Source: a virus (Duplodnaviria; Caudoviricetes). From it: a stretch of DNA of 64,000 nt. Of this stretch, positions 37,201 through 47,811 are shown one piece after another (the first letter of the stretch is position 1; each line of letters opens with the position of its first letter). The stretch is taken from IMG/VR virus record IMGVR_UViG_3300027917_004314; one strand, written 5' to 3'. The position numbers were made by a program, and so were the translations under genes. The notes under the pieces are model-generated. The model saw only the letters and a list, made by a program, of their open reading frames with translations. It did not search any database and was not told the origin of the DNA.

Positions 37201-37761
37201 ATGCATATGAATATAGGTTTGATCGGTGCCCCTGGATCAGGAAAAGATGAGGTAGCGAAATTTCTTGTTGAAAAACGTGGGTTTAGAAGACTAGCGTTTG
37301 CAGATCAAATAAAAGCCAGTTATTTCGCTGAAATAGGGATAACCGATGAAGAATTTAAGGCTGCTAGGGGTACTGCTATAGAGACAGTATGGCGAGGTGG
37401 TCTGTGGGATTATAGCAGTGGAATGAAATATGCGCATGGGGATCGCTATTTTATCGATCCGGTACTTATTAAAATGGAAGATTCGGTTGAGCCGGTGGTG
37501 ATTTCGGATATAAGGACCAGTGAAGAATTCAACGCTGTCAAGAACCTTGTTCAAGTGGTGTTAGTAATTAAGGATTTTGAGGAAGATTTTTATCCCATCG
37601 ATGGAATTAAGGAGACTAGCGGAATCGCTTTGCGTCATTTATTAGGGTATCCAGTTATATATAACAGTTATGATAATTTGGATGGTCTTCACAAGGAAAT
37701 CGAAAGACTGTATGATATACTCTCAATCCACGGAGGAATTAATGGATCCGCAAGACTATAA
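37201..37761 (+). CDS. Deoxynucleoside monophosphate kinase-like protein
   Basis: GAPGSGKD, LAFADQIK, VISDIR..EE. Confidence 0.75.
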   Translation: MHMNIGLIGAPGSGKDEVAKFLVEKRGFRRLAFADQIKASYFAEIGITDEEFKAARGTAIETVWRGGLWDYSSGMKYAHGDRYFIDPVLIKMEDSVEPVVISDIRTSEEFNAVKNLVQVVLVIKDFEEDFYPIDGIKETSGIALRHLLGYPVIYNSYDNLDGLHKEIERLYDILSIHGGINGSARL

Positions 37762-37829
37762 CTTACCCGATTGTACTTGGGGCACTCAATAATTTCCTAA
37801 AAACGTTGGGTGCCCTTGGGAGGTGCCCA

Positions 37830-38009
37830 ATGATAGTAAAGAATTTTGCAGCTTCAACGCTACAAAAAGCAGCTAGAAAGGCTCTTGATTTTTGGTACAA
37901 AGAATATTTTGACCGATGCACCCTGATCGAGTTTTTACACAAATGTACCTGGAAAAGAGTAAAAGGTGGTTTTATAGTTGTCTATAAAGGCCCAACAGAG
38001 GAACAATAA
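37830..38009 (+). CDS. Hypothetical protein
   Basis: GGAGG RBS before ATG 37830. Confidence 0.6.
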   Translation: MIVKNFAASTLQKAARKALDFWYKEYFDRCTLIEFLHKCTWKRVKGGFIVVYKGPTEEQ

Positions 38010-38026
38010 GGAGAGCGTTGTCATAA

Positions 38027-38929
38027 ATGGCCGTTATTACAATTACTGCTTCTGAGTCCACCACACAATTGGTGTCTGGTATACCACAAGTGGTGTCATT
38101 ATTAACCAATACTCCAGCCACTGTTTATTTTACGACTGACGGAACAGAGCCTACCATTTTATCGGAGGTATACATCGGCCCTATAGAAATGCCCACTACT
38201 GTGTCCGTGCGTTTAAGGGCCTTAGCTGTCAGCGGCGCAGACACTGGACTTTTGGATGTCACTTATTCTACAGATAGCACAAAGTTGTCTCATAGCAGAA
38301 GAACTGAGGATTTGGGAATAGGAATTGCCGTAGATGCCTACGGTGTAGACTCGGTATTGACTGACGGTTACGGTCCGGACGAAGATAATTACGTCGTTGT
38401 GCCGGTCAGGTCATCCGATGAGGAGTTAGTCGACCTTGAGATCAAGTACTCGCGCAGAGGGTTGCCGCAGATAAGTCCTGGAACAATTGTAACTTTAGGG
38501 CCGATGTCAGAGACTCAGAGAGATAAGTCGTCTGCTGTTGATGAAGAGGCAAGCTCACCAAATGATCAAAACTCGTATTTTAATCCTAAGTCTCTCTATA
38601 TTGTGATGGATGGCAGAGATGGCTATGATGATCAGTCCATATATCCCATAAATCGGCCTTATGGAAGTACTATGGATATTACAAAGTATTTGCAGGGCAA
38701 AACGTTGTACGAGCCACAGCCGTATGTATCTGGCGGTCTTGTGAGAACATTATATGATGCAGACAAAGGCCTGTCTGTGTCATACTATTTCGACCATAAC
38801 GAAACGCGATGGATTAAAAGTATCCAGAACTTTGAACCAAGCGAGGTGCCTGTTGGCATTGGTTCTAGGAGACAACAAGGTCCGCCACTGGTATTTAAGT
38901 GGATTTACAATAAAAGAAGTATGATATGA
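38027..38929 (+). CDS. Hypothetical protein with an N-terminal Fn3-associated (chitobiase C-terminal-like) domain; possibly virion
   Basis: VYFTTDGTEPT...VY.GPI......LRALAV. Confidence 0.6.
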   Translation: MAVITITASESTTQLVSGIPQVVSLLTNTPATVYFTTDGTEPTILSEVYIGPIEMPTTVSVRLRALAVSGADTGLLDVTYSTDSTKLSHSRRTEDLGIGIAVDAYGVDSVLTDGYGPDEDNYVVVPVRSSDEELVDLEIKYSRRGLPQISPGTIVTLGPMSETQRDKSSAVDEEASSPNDQNSYFNPKSLYIVMDGRDGYDDQSIYPINRPYGSTMDITKYLQGKTLYEPQPYVSGGLVRTLYDADKGLSVSYYFDHNETRWIKSIQNFEPSEVPVGIGSRRQQGPPLVFKWIYNKRSMI

Positions 38930-39714
38930 TGGTAGAACAAGAATTAGAAAAAGAGAAGGATATAGATAGAGATGACTTAATTCTCACTCTTTCTGCGTCT
39001 AGAGTTAAAACTTACCAGCAGTGTCCGAGAAAATACTATTACAACTACATCGAGAAGTTGCCCAGGAAAGACTGGTTGCACTTTGACCTTGGTACGCTTG
39101 TCCATGGCGTGTTAGAATATTTTCATGCAAATTTTAAAACGGACGCCAGAAGAAGTGCTTTAAATCTCAAGAGAACGATGAAAGAGTCTTTCAAAAAATA
39201 TCGCGAGCACATGGAAGAAGAGAAACCATTGGACCATGGCGTTTTAATTGAGGCTAGAGATTTGTTGGCAGACTACTTAAAACGAATGGAATCAGATGGT
39301 ATTGGATCAGAAATCATAGCGCTTGAAGATGATTTTCATATTGAGCTGACAAATGAATTTGGCGTCCAGGGATATGTAGATAGAATAGATCAAGATGGTG
39401 ACGGCGTGTTACATATCAAGGATTACAAAACAAATAGGAATCCGAAATATCTGGAGCCATTTCAGCTTAGAACCTATGGTATTTACTTATTAGATAGATT
39501 TCCAGAAGTAGATAAGTTCAGGGGATCATATATTATGATGAGATTTGGAGGGATGCTCGTTTCCTACGATTTCAATCGTGAAGACGTAGAAAAGACGAAA
39601 AAGCAGCTGATTGAATATGCACAGCGTATTTCTGAGGAAGAACGCTGGATGGCAAAGCCTTCTAGATTATGTGACTGGTGCGATTTCAAAAATCCGTGCC
39701 TCAACACTTGGTGA
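38926..39714 (+). CDS. PD-(D/E)xK RecB/AddB-family nuclease with probable Fe-S ligands
   Basis: SASRVKTYQQCP, GYVDRID, IKDYKT, QL..Y, CDWCDFKNPC. Confidence 0.85.
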   Translation: MMVEQELEKEKDIDRDDLILTLSASRVKTYQQCPRKYYYNYIEKLPRKDWLHFDLGTLVHGVLEYFHANFKTDARRSALNLKRTMKESFKKYREHMEEEKPLDHGVLIEARDLLADYLKRMESDGIGSEIIALEDDFHIELTNEFGVQGYVDRIDQDGDGVLHIKDYKTNRNPKYLEPFQLRTYGIYLLDRFPEVDKFRGSYIMMRFGGMLVSYDFNREDVEKTKKQLIEYAQRISEEERWMAKPSRLCDWCDFKNPCLNTW

Positions 39715-39717
39715 ATT

Positions 39718-40284
39718 ATGAAAACATTAAATATTCGCAAGGGAAAGCATTTTACTGGGAAGGCAAAAGTCTTTGATAAAGAAATTTATATAGATACTAA
39801 CGACGGCGCCGGCTTTCATGAAGTATTCCAGGAAATGGAAGAACTTATAGAAATGTTATCTAAAGGACATCTTGGTCCTGGTTTCGAGCGCATGTGGGAT
39901 ATAGAAGATATGAAACAAGATGTATCGTTGTCCATGCTGGAAGCAATTGTAAAGTACAATCCAGACAGTGGAAAATTGTCCACTTTCCTGTGGGCCGTAG
40001 GCAGAAATAAAGCTATTGACAACTATCGTAAAGCTGCTATTATTAGGGGGAGAATAAAGTATTTAGACTACATCGAAAAAGCGATGCCATATACCTACGA
40101 CCCCGGTATAAAAATAGAAGTTTTACAACGTTCGGAAAGTTGGGGCGATAAGTGGAAGACCATTATGCTCCGGATTTTCATTAACGGTGATCAAATATCT
40201 GAAGTGGCCAAGGATGAAGGTTTTACACCTTGGGGGCTTACTAGAGCTGTAAGAAGGAAGTTGAAAGAAGCAAGAAAAGTATGA
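39718..40284 (+). CDS. Phage RNA polymerase sigma factor (regions 2 and 4)
   Basis: DMKQDVSL..LEAIVKYNPD.GK.STF......N..ID..RK; C-terminal HTH. Confidence 0.7.
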   Translation: MKTLNIRKGKHFTGKAKVFDKEIYIDTNDGAGFHEVFQEMEELIEMLSKGHLGPGFERMWDIEDMKQDVSLSMLEAIVKYNPDSGKLSTFLWAVGRNKAIDNYRKAAIIRGRIKYLDYIEKAMPYTYDPGIKIEVLQRSESWGDKWKTIMLRIFINGDQISEVAKDEGFTPWGLTRAVRRKLKEARKV

Positions 40285-42332
40285 CAGATGAACAAATCAA
40301 AAATTGGCTAGCTAGACATGGCGAGAAAATTGAGCCAGATTTCGTATTCGAAGAAGAAAAAGCGGAAGCAGCTCAAAGGTCTGTGGTGCATGACGGTAGC
40401 TGGCCAGATCCCAAAAGACCGGGCAATGCCGGCATATTCTCTGGGATTTCTTTTTCTAAAAATGAATTTAATCGCGTTGTGGGCGATCCTGACAATTGGG
40501 AGGCAATTCTAAGTGATGATGACCTGTACAATCAATGGATCCTCCCCAACGCGATTTTATTATTCGCCAAGACTTGGTTTGACAGAATAAAATGGAAACC
40601 ATCTATACACAAATCCGTGCCGTTTCCGTTATTTTCTGACAACGAGCGTAGTACGGCTGTCATGGCTAAACAAGAGTTGGAGCACACTCCGCATGGCAAG
40701 GCTAGGATTGCAAAGATAATGGCCAAGGCATCTTCAGCCCTAGAAGTATATTTGTCGGGCAGGTGGCTTGAAAAAACAAAATATTTAAAGAAACCGGGTG
40801 CATATATAATAGAATCGATAAGAAACGATGTAATACGTGAAATTGGCACTGATATGGGGTACAAGCTAATACCTACGTTAGCATGCCCATATTGCTTGGC
40901 GCCAGGCAAATCAGATTCTTATAAAGTACCGTTAATTAGGCATTCTTTTAAACAATATTCTTGTCCCAAATGCGTAGACGATTCTAATAACCTAGAATTG
41001 GAAATACAAAATGCTGGCAGGAAGCATAGAGGGACACTCGCCGCAGAGAAATTTGAGAAGACAAGACAGTTTAAATATTTTATTGGAGTTACATGTGTTT
41101 GTCCAAACGACAAATGTAGAGGCAAGTTTGTTCCATTAACATGTGTCAATACTAAAATATTTAATCCAGAAAGATACCGCATCAATGGTGCGCTTAAGGG
41201 TCTGTGTATTTCAAGAGATATTCAGTCGTTTAAGAGGCCCCCTAAAATCCTAGAGGATTTTCCATTGGTGTGTCCACATTGTGATACAGAGTTCACTCCG
41301 AGAAGTGCTCTTACAAGTAAATCTGGTTTCAAGAAAAAATCAGGTCATTTAACGGGATTACCTACGATATATATCTGGGTTAAAAAAGAAGCAAATACGC
41401 TAGATGAACCTATGTATGACAACCATTTAACAAGAAAAGATGGGTTGGTGGCAAAATCAGAAGATCTTAATAGTCATATTAATGCCAAACAACGTGTCAG
41501 CCTGTTGATAGGTGAGATAATTATCCGTGCGGCCAGGGTTAATAACAAGTCGTTTGACGGCCTCATGACTTTATATTTTTATAAAGCAGCAATAATATGG
41601 ATGGACAAATACTGGGAAGATGCATCTAGGTATTTCTTTGGATGGTTTGAATACGAAAGAGATCTCAGTGCTAAAGAAATGGCCCGTAATCCTGGAAAGA
41701 CCAAAAAAAAGATGACCAATATTTGTAGAGGTTCAGAGGTCACCATCCATCTATCGTTTTTTCAAGAGTGGCTAAAAGTCATTGAAGAAAATATAGAAAA
41801 GATACGCGAGGTTAACCCAGACATTAAAAAACTTAAGGATCTGAAATGGTTCTGTCGGCCGCCAAAATTTAGTGGTGGGCCAGAGTCAAACTTTATATCT
41901 GATGTCGACGACAAATTAAAAATCGCAAATAAGACAAGTATAAAGCCCGTTAGTTCGTGGGACGGCATGCCCAGACTTGCTAAAGTGCTGGCAATCTATA
42001 AAATGAAAGATGGTGTCGTTAATAGAACAAAAAATTATATATCTGATGTAAGAGGAATTGGATGGCATTCTATAGATCTAGTACCAAATACTTCTCTAAA
42101 GGTAGGAGAAAAAGTAAAAGTGAAGGCGCTAATGATGTCTGGGCATCCGACACATACCCCAATACAAAGAATCATTCGATTGAGATCCATTACTCTTAAA
42201 AATATTATAGATAGAATTTTACGTGAAGAAGCTGCGGGCGACACAGATGTATTGTTTTGGAAATCATGGAAGAACAGAGTGAAAGCAGCTAAAGAAAAAG
42301 TTGGCCATATTGTTAGGAGCTATAATGACTGA
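40281..42332 (+). CDS. Hypothetical multi-Zn-ribbon protein (683 aa)
   Basis: CPYC, CPKC, CVCPNDKC, CPHC. Confidence 0.8.
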   Translation: MTDEQIKNWLARHGEKIEPDFVFEEEKAEAAQRSVVHDGSWPDPKRPGNAGIFSGISFSKNEFNRVVGDPDNWEAILSDDDLYNQWILPNAILLFAKTWFDRIKWKPSIHKSVPFPLFSDNERSTAVMAKQELEHTPHGKARIAKIMAKASSALEVYLSGRWLEKTKYLKKPGAYIIESIRNDVIREIGTDMGYKLIPTLACPYCLAPGKSDSYKVPLIRHSFKQYSCPKCVDDSNNLELEIQNAGRKHRGTLAAEKFEKTRQFKYFIGVTCVCPNDKCRGKFVPLTCVNTKIFNPERYRINGALKGLCISRDIQSFKRPPKILEDFPLVCPHCDTEFTPRSALTSKSGFKKKSGHLTGLPTIYIWVKKEANTLDEPMYDNHLTRKDGLVAKSEDLNSHINAKQRVSLLIGEIIIRAARVNNKSFDGLMTLYFYKAAIIWMDKYWEDASRYFFGWFEYERDLSAKEMARNPGKTKKKMTNICRGSEVTIHLSFFQEWLKVIEENIEKIREVNPDIKKLKDLKWFCRPPKFSGGPESNFISDVDDKLKIANKTSIKPVSSWDGMPRLAKVLAIYKMKDGVVNRTKNYISDVRGIGWHSIDLVPNTSLKVGEKVKVKALMMSGHPTHTPIQRIIRLRSITLKNIIDRILREEAAGDTDVLFWKSWKNRVKAAKEKVGHIVRSYND

Positions 42333-43656
42333 GGAACAAGTACAAAAAACAGAAGAAGAACAGGAAAAATGGCACCATGTTGCCACCGTTGAGGAACTTG
42401 GTGGTCTGAGCAGAAAAGTGCATATTGTTTACGATATAGAAGGCGTTAAAATGGCTACAGATAAAGCCATAGACTTGATAGGAAAAAACACCCAAATAAA
42501 GGGATTTAGACGTGGTAAGGCTCCAAGGCCACTGGTAGAAGTACACTGCAGGGAAGAAATTAAAAAGATGGCGTCCACAATGCTGTCCCAAGAAGGATAT
42601 CTACATGCCTGTTACGAGAATAAATTTTGCGCTATGACAGAACCAAGGGTTGAGAACTCTGAGTTCAGTATAGGTGGTACGTTTTCATGTGATATATTTT
42701 TTGAGATTAGGCCTTCTATTACCCCGACGGGTTATATTGGTCTACAACTTGAGAAGGAGTCTGTCGACAGAGAAGAGATTATTCAACGCAGTTTAGAAAA
42801 TGCCAGACAACAACATGCAAGTGAAGTAGAAGCAAGTAAGGTGGAAATTGGATCAATTGTTACATTGGATTTTAAAGTGCATAGGGACGGGCAAGAACTG
42901 TCCTCTGGTACTGACCACAGGTTTATGATAAGTGCTGGTCAAGAGTTGCCATTTGGCGAGAACCTAGTTGGTAAAGAAGTTGGGGCAAATCTGTCGGAAA
43001 CCATCGTTTTGCCGGAAGGATATAAGAACATGGGCGGGGAATCAGCTACCGTTGATATGACAATTAAAGGCATATTAAAACTAGTTCCTCCATCTGATCA
43101 AGAATTAGTAGAACGAATGGAAGCACCATCGTTTGGAGAGCTAATTGATATACTCGGAAAACATGCCGATCAGGAAATTACTGTTAAAAACCAACAATCA
43201 CTAGAAGAACAAATAATAGATAAGTTGTTAGAATTACATGAGTTTGAAGTGCCGGAGAAATGGGTGGACGACGAAGAGCGGTATATGCGTTCTCAATTAG
43301 GGTTTCAATCTGATATGGACCCGGAGATGAAACAGCATATTAGATCCATGGCAGACAGGAATGTTAGAAGAACGTTTATCTTGGATGCTATATATGATGC
43401 TGAACCAGATCTTAAATTAAAGGATGAAGAATTTGAACAACTGTTGAAACAAGAAGCTCAGGCAAGGAATGTAAGCAAGTTAATCGTAAAGAAAGAGCTT
43501 CAAGAAAAAGGCATGATGGATGCTGTTTACGGCATGTTAAGACACAAGAAAGTTATGGGCTTGATATTAAGTCAGGCCATAATTATTAATAAGGACGGAG
43601 AATTGGAGAAGGCTGCCGAAGACTCGGAGAGTATTCCTGATAATCCATTAGGGTAA
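42325..43656 (+). CDS. tig: Trigger factor-like chaperone/PPIase
   Basis: IKGFRRGKAP ribosome-binding signature, FKBP-like middle domain, helical C-domain. Confidence 0.8.
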   Translation: MTEEQVQKTEEEQEKWHHVATVEELGGLSRKVHIVYDIEGVKMATDKAIDLIGKNTQIKGFRRGKAPRPLVEVHCREEIKKMASTMLSQEGYLHACYENKFCAMTEPRVENSEFSIGGTFSCDIFFEIRPSITPTGYIGLQLEKESVDREEIIQRSLENARQQHASEVEASKVEIGSIVTLDFKVHRDGQELSSGTDHRFMISAGQELPFGENLVGKEVGANLSETIVLPEGYKNMGGESATVDMTIKGILKLVPPSDQELVERMEAPSFGELIDILGKHADQEITVKNQQSLEEQIIDKLLELHEFEVPEKWVDDEERYMRSQLGFQSDMDPEMKQHIRSMADRNVRRTFILDAIYDAEPDLKLKDEEFEQLLKQEAQARNVSKLIVKKELQEKGMMDAVYGMLRHKKVMGLILSQAIIINKDGELEKAAEDSESIPDNPLG

Positions 43657-43666
43657 GAGGTGAAAA

Positions 43667-44044
43667 ATGGCAACAAGAGCTGTACAGGGTTTTGGAATAT
43701 CTGCATTTACAGTGAAACGAGACAAAATAAAAGTAGTGTTAGCGGCCAATAAGGACGATATACGTGCTGGAGATGGTGGCATCCCCGACGTGTTAGAGTC
43801 GCTAGAATTGCATTCCACGGCAGCCGACTCGTCTGCCGTTAGTGTAGCTTTGAGGAACTCCAATGAGGCTGCTACTACCAGCGCGTACGATTTAACGGTT
43901 GTAAGTTTTGTTGTAAAACAAGACAAGATGAAGATTGTTCTAGAAACTAACAGAGAAAACGAAGGAGATGGTGATTTGGTCCGCGCATTGGGTGTTCATT
44001 CTGCCGAGAACCAAGAAGTTGAACTTACCATGCAAAGGCCATAG
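43667..44044 (+). CDS. Hypothetical protein
   Basis: GAGGTG RBS. Confidence 0.7.
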   Translation: MATRAVQGFGISAFTVKRDKIKVVLAANKDDIRAGDGGIPDVLESLELHSTAADSSAVSVALRNSNEAATTSAYDLTVVSFVVKQDKMKIVLETNRENEGDGDLVRALGVHSAENQEVELTMQRP

Positions 44045-44053
44045 ATATAACGT

Positions 44054-44371
44054 ATGGAACAAAAGCTTAAACAACTTGGTATAGTTAAAATCAAACCCAA
44101 GAATTGTTCATGTAGTTACGATGCGTATGTATACCGACTGCCAATAAGGCTTGGGATTGAGATAATAGACTTTCTGAAACCACTAGGAAGTCCCGCACTT
44201 TCATTCGATAAAACCAGTTTGCTTAAAATAGAGAACAACGATTATATTATTACTGGGGTTAAAAGGCTCAGGGAAGTCAGATTTTCTATTAAAAAAACGG
44301 GCAAAGCTGTCCCGTTGCAAACATTTGAAGGAGCACTTATAAGCTATGTAGAAAAACATAAAAGGAAGTGA
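44054..44371 (+). CDS. Hypothetical protein
   Basis: ORF in the operon. Confidence 0.65.
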   Translation: MEQKLKQLGIVKIKPKNCSCSYDAYVYRLPIRLGIEIIDFLKPLGSPALSFDKTSLLKIENNDYIITGVKRLREVRFSIKKTGKAVPLQTFEGALISYVEKHKRK

Positions 44372-44374
44372 TTG

Positions 44375-47300
44375 ATGTCTAGAGAGTTTGTTAATCTCCA
44401 CGCTCACACCAATTTGGGGTCGATGCTGGATGCTCTGTCGTATGTAGACGATCTATTTAACAGGGCAGATGAACTGGGACAAAAAGCCCTAGCTATTACT
44501 GATCATGGAACTCTTGGTTGCCATTATGATGCATTTCAAGCCTATAAAAGAACCGGGATCAAGTTTATTCCAGGATGCGAAATGTATTTTGTGCGTTCAT
44601 ACGACTATTTGCCTGCAGAGGGCAAGGGTAGTAGAAAAAAGACCGAGAAAAGAAAACATATAGTTCTATTAGCGCAAAATGAAATTGGCTATAAAAACCT
44701 GTTAAAAATAAACTTTGAGGGTTTTAAACAGCATGTAATAGTAATGGGCAGAGTTTTCCCTAGAGTGAGTTGGGAAGAACTTGAGAAGTATTCGGAAGGT
44801 ATTATAGCGACCTCTGCGTGTGGCAGTGGGATACTCGCTGAACACATTTTTAAAGGAGAGCTTGATAAAGCTATAAGTGCAGCTTTGCGTCTGCAAAGAA
44901 TATATAACGACAGATTCTATATAGAAATCCAACCACACAGCTTAAAAGATGATCGGGTGGATCAAATATTTCTTAACAATCAACTTATAAATATTGCACA
45001 GAAACTTGGCATAGAGTTGGTTGTTGGTGTTGATGCCCACTACATAACAAGAGACTCCGAGAAAATTCATGACGTATTATTGGCAATTAACTCCAAGAAG
45101 CCGGTTGATGACCCAACTAGACACAGATATGGTATAGATGAATTTTACGTCAAGTCTGGCGACGAGGTATACGATTTCTTAGAAAAATACCATGGGAAAT
45201 CTGTGGCCACGGCAGCTGTAGAAAACACAGTCAAAATAGCGGCTACATGTGATTTGCCAGACTATATGGAACCGAGCGGTAACCATTTGCCGATATTTAA
45301 TCCGTGTGGTGAGTCAGATTTCAAAGAGTTTTGTGAGTGGGCTGAAACGACAAGAATACCAAAAGACATGGCTCTAGATAAGAAATATATGAGATATAAA
45401 GTTGTCAGCGGTTTCAAGCAAAAATTTGGCCACATGTCAGAGGCAGACCAGAAAATTAGGTGGGATAGAGTCAAGAAAGAACTCAAAATCTTAGAAGGAA
45501 ATAACTTTTCTTCTTATATGCTGGTGACTGCCGATTTCATCCAGTGGGCTAAAGACCATGACATTTTATGTGGTGTGGGCCGTGGGAGCGTGGGCGGATG
45601 TATCGTTGCGTATCTGTTGGGGATTCACGGCGTAGATCCTATAGAATATAATTTACTATTTGAAAGATTTCAAAATGCCTATAAAAAAGATTTACCAGAT
45701 ATAGATACAGACTTCACCTCAGCTGGAAGAGACATGGTCCAGGAGTATGTAAGGAAAAAATATGGGTATGATCATTGTGCACAAGTATCTAATATTAATA
45801 CGTATACTCCTAAAAATGTGATACCTGATCTTGTCAAATCTATGAGAAATGTAATGCCAAATCTCATAGGAAAAGATCAGTATTACGTAAAAGTAGCTGA
45901 AGCTATTAAGGCGGCCATTCCGGAGGCAGACGAAAATAAGAAAAGAGTTAAAACCCTAGAAAGGGCTATGAGTCTGTCGTCAGACTTAAGAGATTTTGCA
46001 GCCAAATGTCCAGAACTCATGGAGTACGCAGATGCTATTATTGGAATGCCAAAAGAGTATTCCACCCATGCGGCTGGAATGGTGGTATCTGACATACCAA
46101 TCGTTGAGTTTGCGCCGCTTAGAATTGATAAAAACGGTGTAGTTGCTGTACAATATGAGAAAAACAGGTGTGAAAGCCTTGGTTTAGTAAAAATGGATTT
46201 CTTAGCTATCTCAACTTTGGATGTAATAGATGAAACACTTAAGAACATTCGTAGGCTAGGTATTACGGATGGCCCCAGACAGATGGAGGATATTCCGTTA
46301 GATGATGAAGAAACCTACAAAATGATCCAAGGTGGCCACACCAAATGCGTGTTTCAACTGGGTAAATCTGGTATGATGGTAGCTCTGTGTAAAAAAATTC
46401 GTCCTAAGAATATACTGGATATCGCGGTAGTTAATGCTTTGGGGCGTCCGTCGTCGACCCATGAAAGGCAGGAATATATAAACCGCAGGTTTGGAAAAAA
46501 GGAGATATCTTATCTACACTCGAGTCTAGAAAATTGTTTGTCGCAGACCTATGGGCTGTGTATAATGGAAGAGCAATTGATGGATGTGGCTAAAGACGTA
46601 GCTGGATGGGATCTAAACAAAGCCGACGGATTGCGTAAGTTGACCAAATGGAAGGGTAAAGACCCAAAGTTTGCATTGCAGCTGGAGGCTGATTTCATCG
46701 AAGGAATGATGAAGAAACATTCTACTAGTCTAGAATTGTCTAAAGAAGTATGGGATAAAATTGTAGAAAAGTTCAGTGGATATGGATTCAACAAAAGTCA
46801 TGCTGTTTTCTATTCAATTAATGGATATATTACCGCCTATTTGAAATGTCACTATCCTGCAGCATTCCTGGCTGCATATTTGAAAGTTAAGACAGCCAGG
46901 GGTGGCATCAATAAAGACGATGAAATTAATATGGCGAAGATGGAGTGCCGGCGTCTTGGCGTAAGGATTGTGCCTCCAGATATCAACAGGAGTAACGCTG
47001 GATATGAAGTTTTAGACGCAGATACTATTGTTATGGGTTTTGCGGCTATCAAAGGAATGGGCGAGAAGGCAATAGCACAGGTTATTAATAACCAGCCCTT
47101 CTCATCTTTTAGAGATTTCCTACACAGAGTGGATGCGCGCGTTGTTAATAAAACCAAATTAGAGGTTATGGCGAAGGCCGGTTGCTTTGATTCTTTTAAG
47201 ATCTCAAGAAGGGATATCCACGACGAAGGCAAAAAAGTCAGGGATAAGATGAATATTTTCATTAGGAAGAAGGTGAAGGATGGATATCAGTCTGACATGG

Positions 47301-47749
47301 CTGTTGAAGAGTTTCCTATTAGAATGCCTGGTCAGGAGTGGTCTCAGCAAGAGAAATTGCGTCACGAGCAAGAAGTTCTAGGTGAGCTTGTGTCCGGCTC
47401 TCTTACTGATTTGTTTCCAGGATTTTTTACAGGATATAACGTGACTCCTATTTCTAGACTTAGAATGCTGCCAGATCGGCAACAAATCGTTGTAGAGGTG
47501 CTTATAAAGGCATTTTTACGTGAATTCAATATTAAGACTGGAAAATACAGAGGATTGCCAATGGCCAAATATTTGGTGGAAGACACCATTGGTACAGAAA
47601 CAGAGCTTACAGTGTGGCCAGATCAATACGCTAATGCCAAAAAAATGCTCAAAGTAGGTCGACCTATCAGGGCAATTTGCCAAGTTAGTGAATTTAATGG
47701 AGTAAAATCACTAATGTTAAGGGAGATAGAAAAAGTGTACGGAATGTAA
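44375..47749 (+). CDS. dnaE: DNA polymerase III alpha subunit
   Basis: PHP motifs LHAHT/AITDHG/DAHY, GRGS, PDIDTD, STHAAG, VKMDFL, GYGFNKSHA; no intein seen. Confidence 0.95.
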   Translation: MSREFVNLHAHTNLGSMLDALSYVDDLFNRADELGQKALAITDHGTLGCHYDAFQAYKRTGIKFIPGCEMYFVRSYDYLPAEGKGSRKKTEKRKHIVLLAQNEIGYKNLLKINFEGFKQHVIVMGRVFPRVSWEELEKYSEGIIATSACGSGILAEHIFKGELDKAISAALRLQRIYNDRFYIEIQPHSLKDDRVDQIFLNNQLINIAQKLGIELVVGVDAHYITRDSEKIHDVLLAINSKKPVDDPTRHRYGIDEFYVKSGDEVYDFLEKYHGKSVATAAVENTVKIAATCDLPDYMEPSGNHLPIFNPCGESDFKEFCEWAETTRIPKDMALDKKYMRYKVVSGFKQKFGHMSEADQKIRWDRVKKELKILEGNNFSSYMLVTADFIQWAKDHDILCGVGRGSVGGCIVAYLLGIHGVDPIEYNLLFERFQNAYKKDLPDIDTDFTSAGRDMVQEYVRKKYGYDHCAQVSNINTYTPKNVIPDLVKSMRNVMPNLIGKDQYYVKVAEAIKAAIPEADENKKRVKTLERAMSLSSDLRDFAAKCPELMEYADAIIGMPKEYSTHAAGMVVSDIPIVEFAPLRIDKNGVVAVQYEKNRCESLGLVKMDFLAISTLDVIDETLKNIRRLGITDGPRQMEDIPLDDEETYKMIQGGHTKCVFQLGKSGMMVALCKKIRPKNILDIAVVNALGRPSSTHERQEYINRRFGKKEISYLHSSLENCLSQTYGLCIMEEQLMDVAKDVAGWDLNKADGLRKLTKWKGKDPKFALQLEADFIEGMMKKHSTSLELSKEVWDKIVEKFSGYGFNKSHAVFYSINGYITAYLKCHYPAAFLAAYLKVKTARGGINKDDEINMAKMECRRLGVRIVPPDINRSNAGYEVLDADTIVMGFAAIKGMGEKAIAQVINNQPFSSFRDFLHRVDARVVNKTKLEVMAKAGCFDSFKISRRDIHDEGKKVRDKMNIFIRKKVKDGYQSDMAVEEFPIRMPGQEWSQQEKLRHEQEVLGELVSGSLTDLFPGFFTGYNVTPISRLRMLPDRQQIVVEVLIKAFLREFNIKTGKYRGLPMAKYLVEDTIGTETELTVWPDQYANAKKMLKVGRPIRAICQVSEFNGVKSLMLREIEKVYGM

Positions 47750-47757
47750 AAAAGTAC

Positions 47758-47786
47758 TTGACAAATCTATCAATATGAATTAAATT
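47758..47786 (+). promoter_or_regulatory. Sigma70-type promoter
   Basis: A-tract, TTGACA (47758-47763), 17 nt, TAAATT; the spacer contains TCTATCAATA. Confidence 0.55.
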
Positions 47787-47811
47787 AATAGTTACAGGGA
47801 GGTGTTTTTAT

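Noticed and set aside
38926-39714. Cas4 of a CRISPR system
   Set aside because: No cas1/cas2 or array in the window; the replication/recombination context fits a RecB-family exonuclease.
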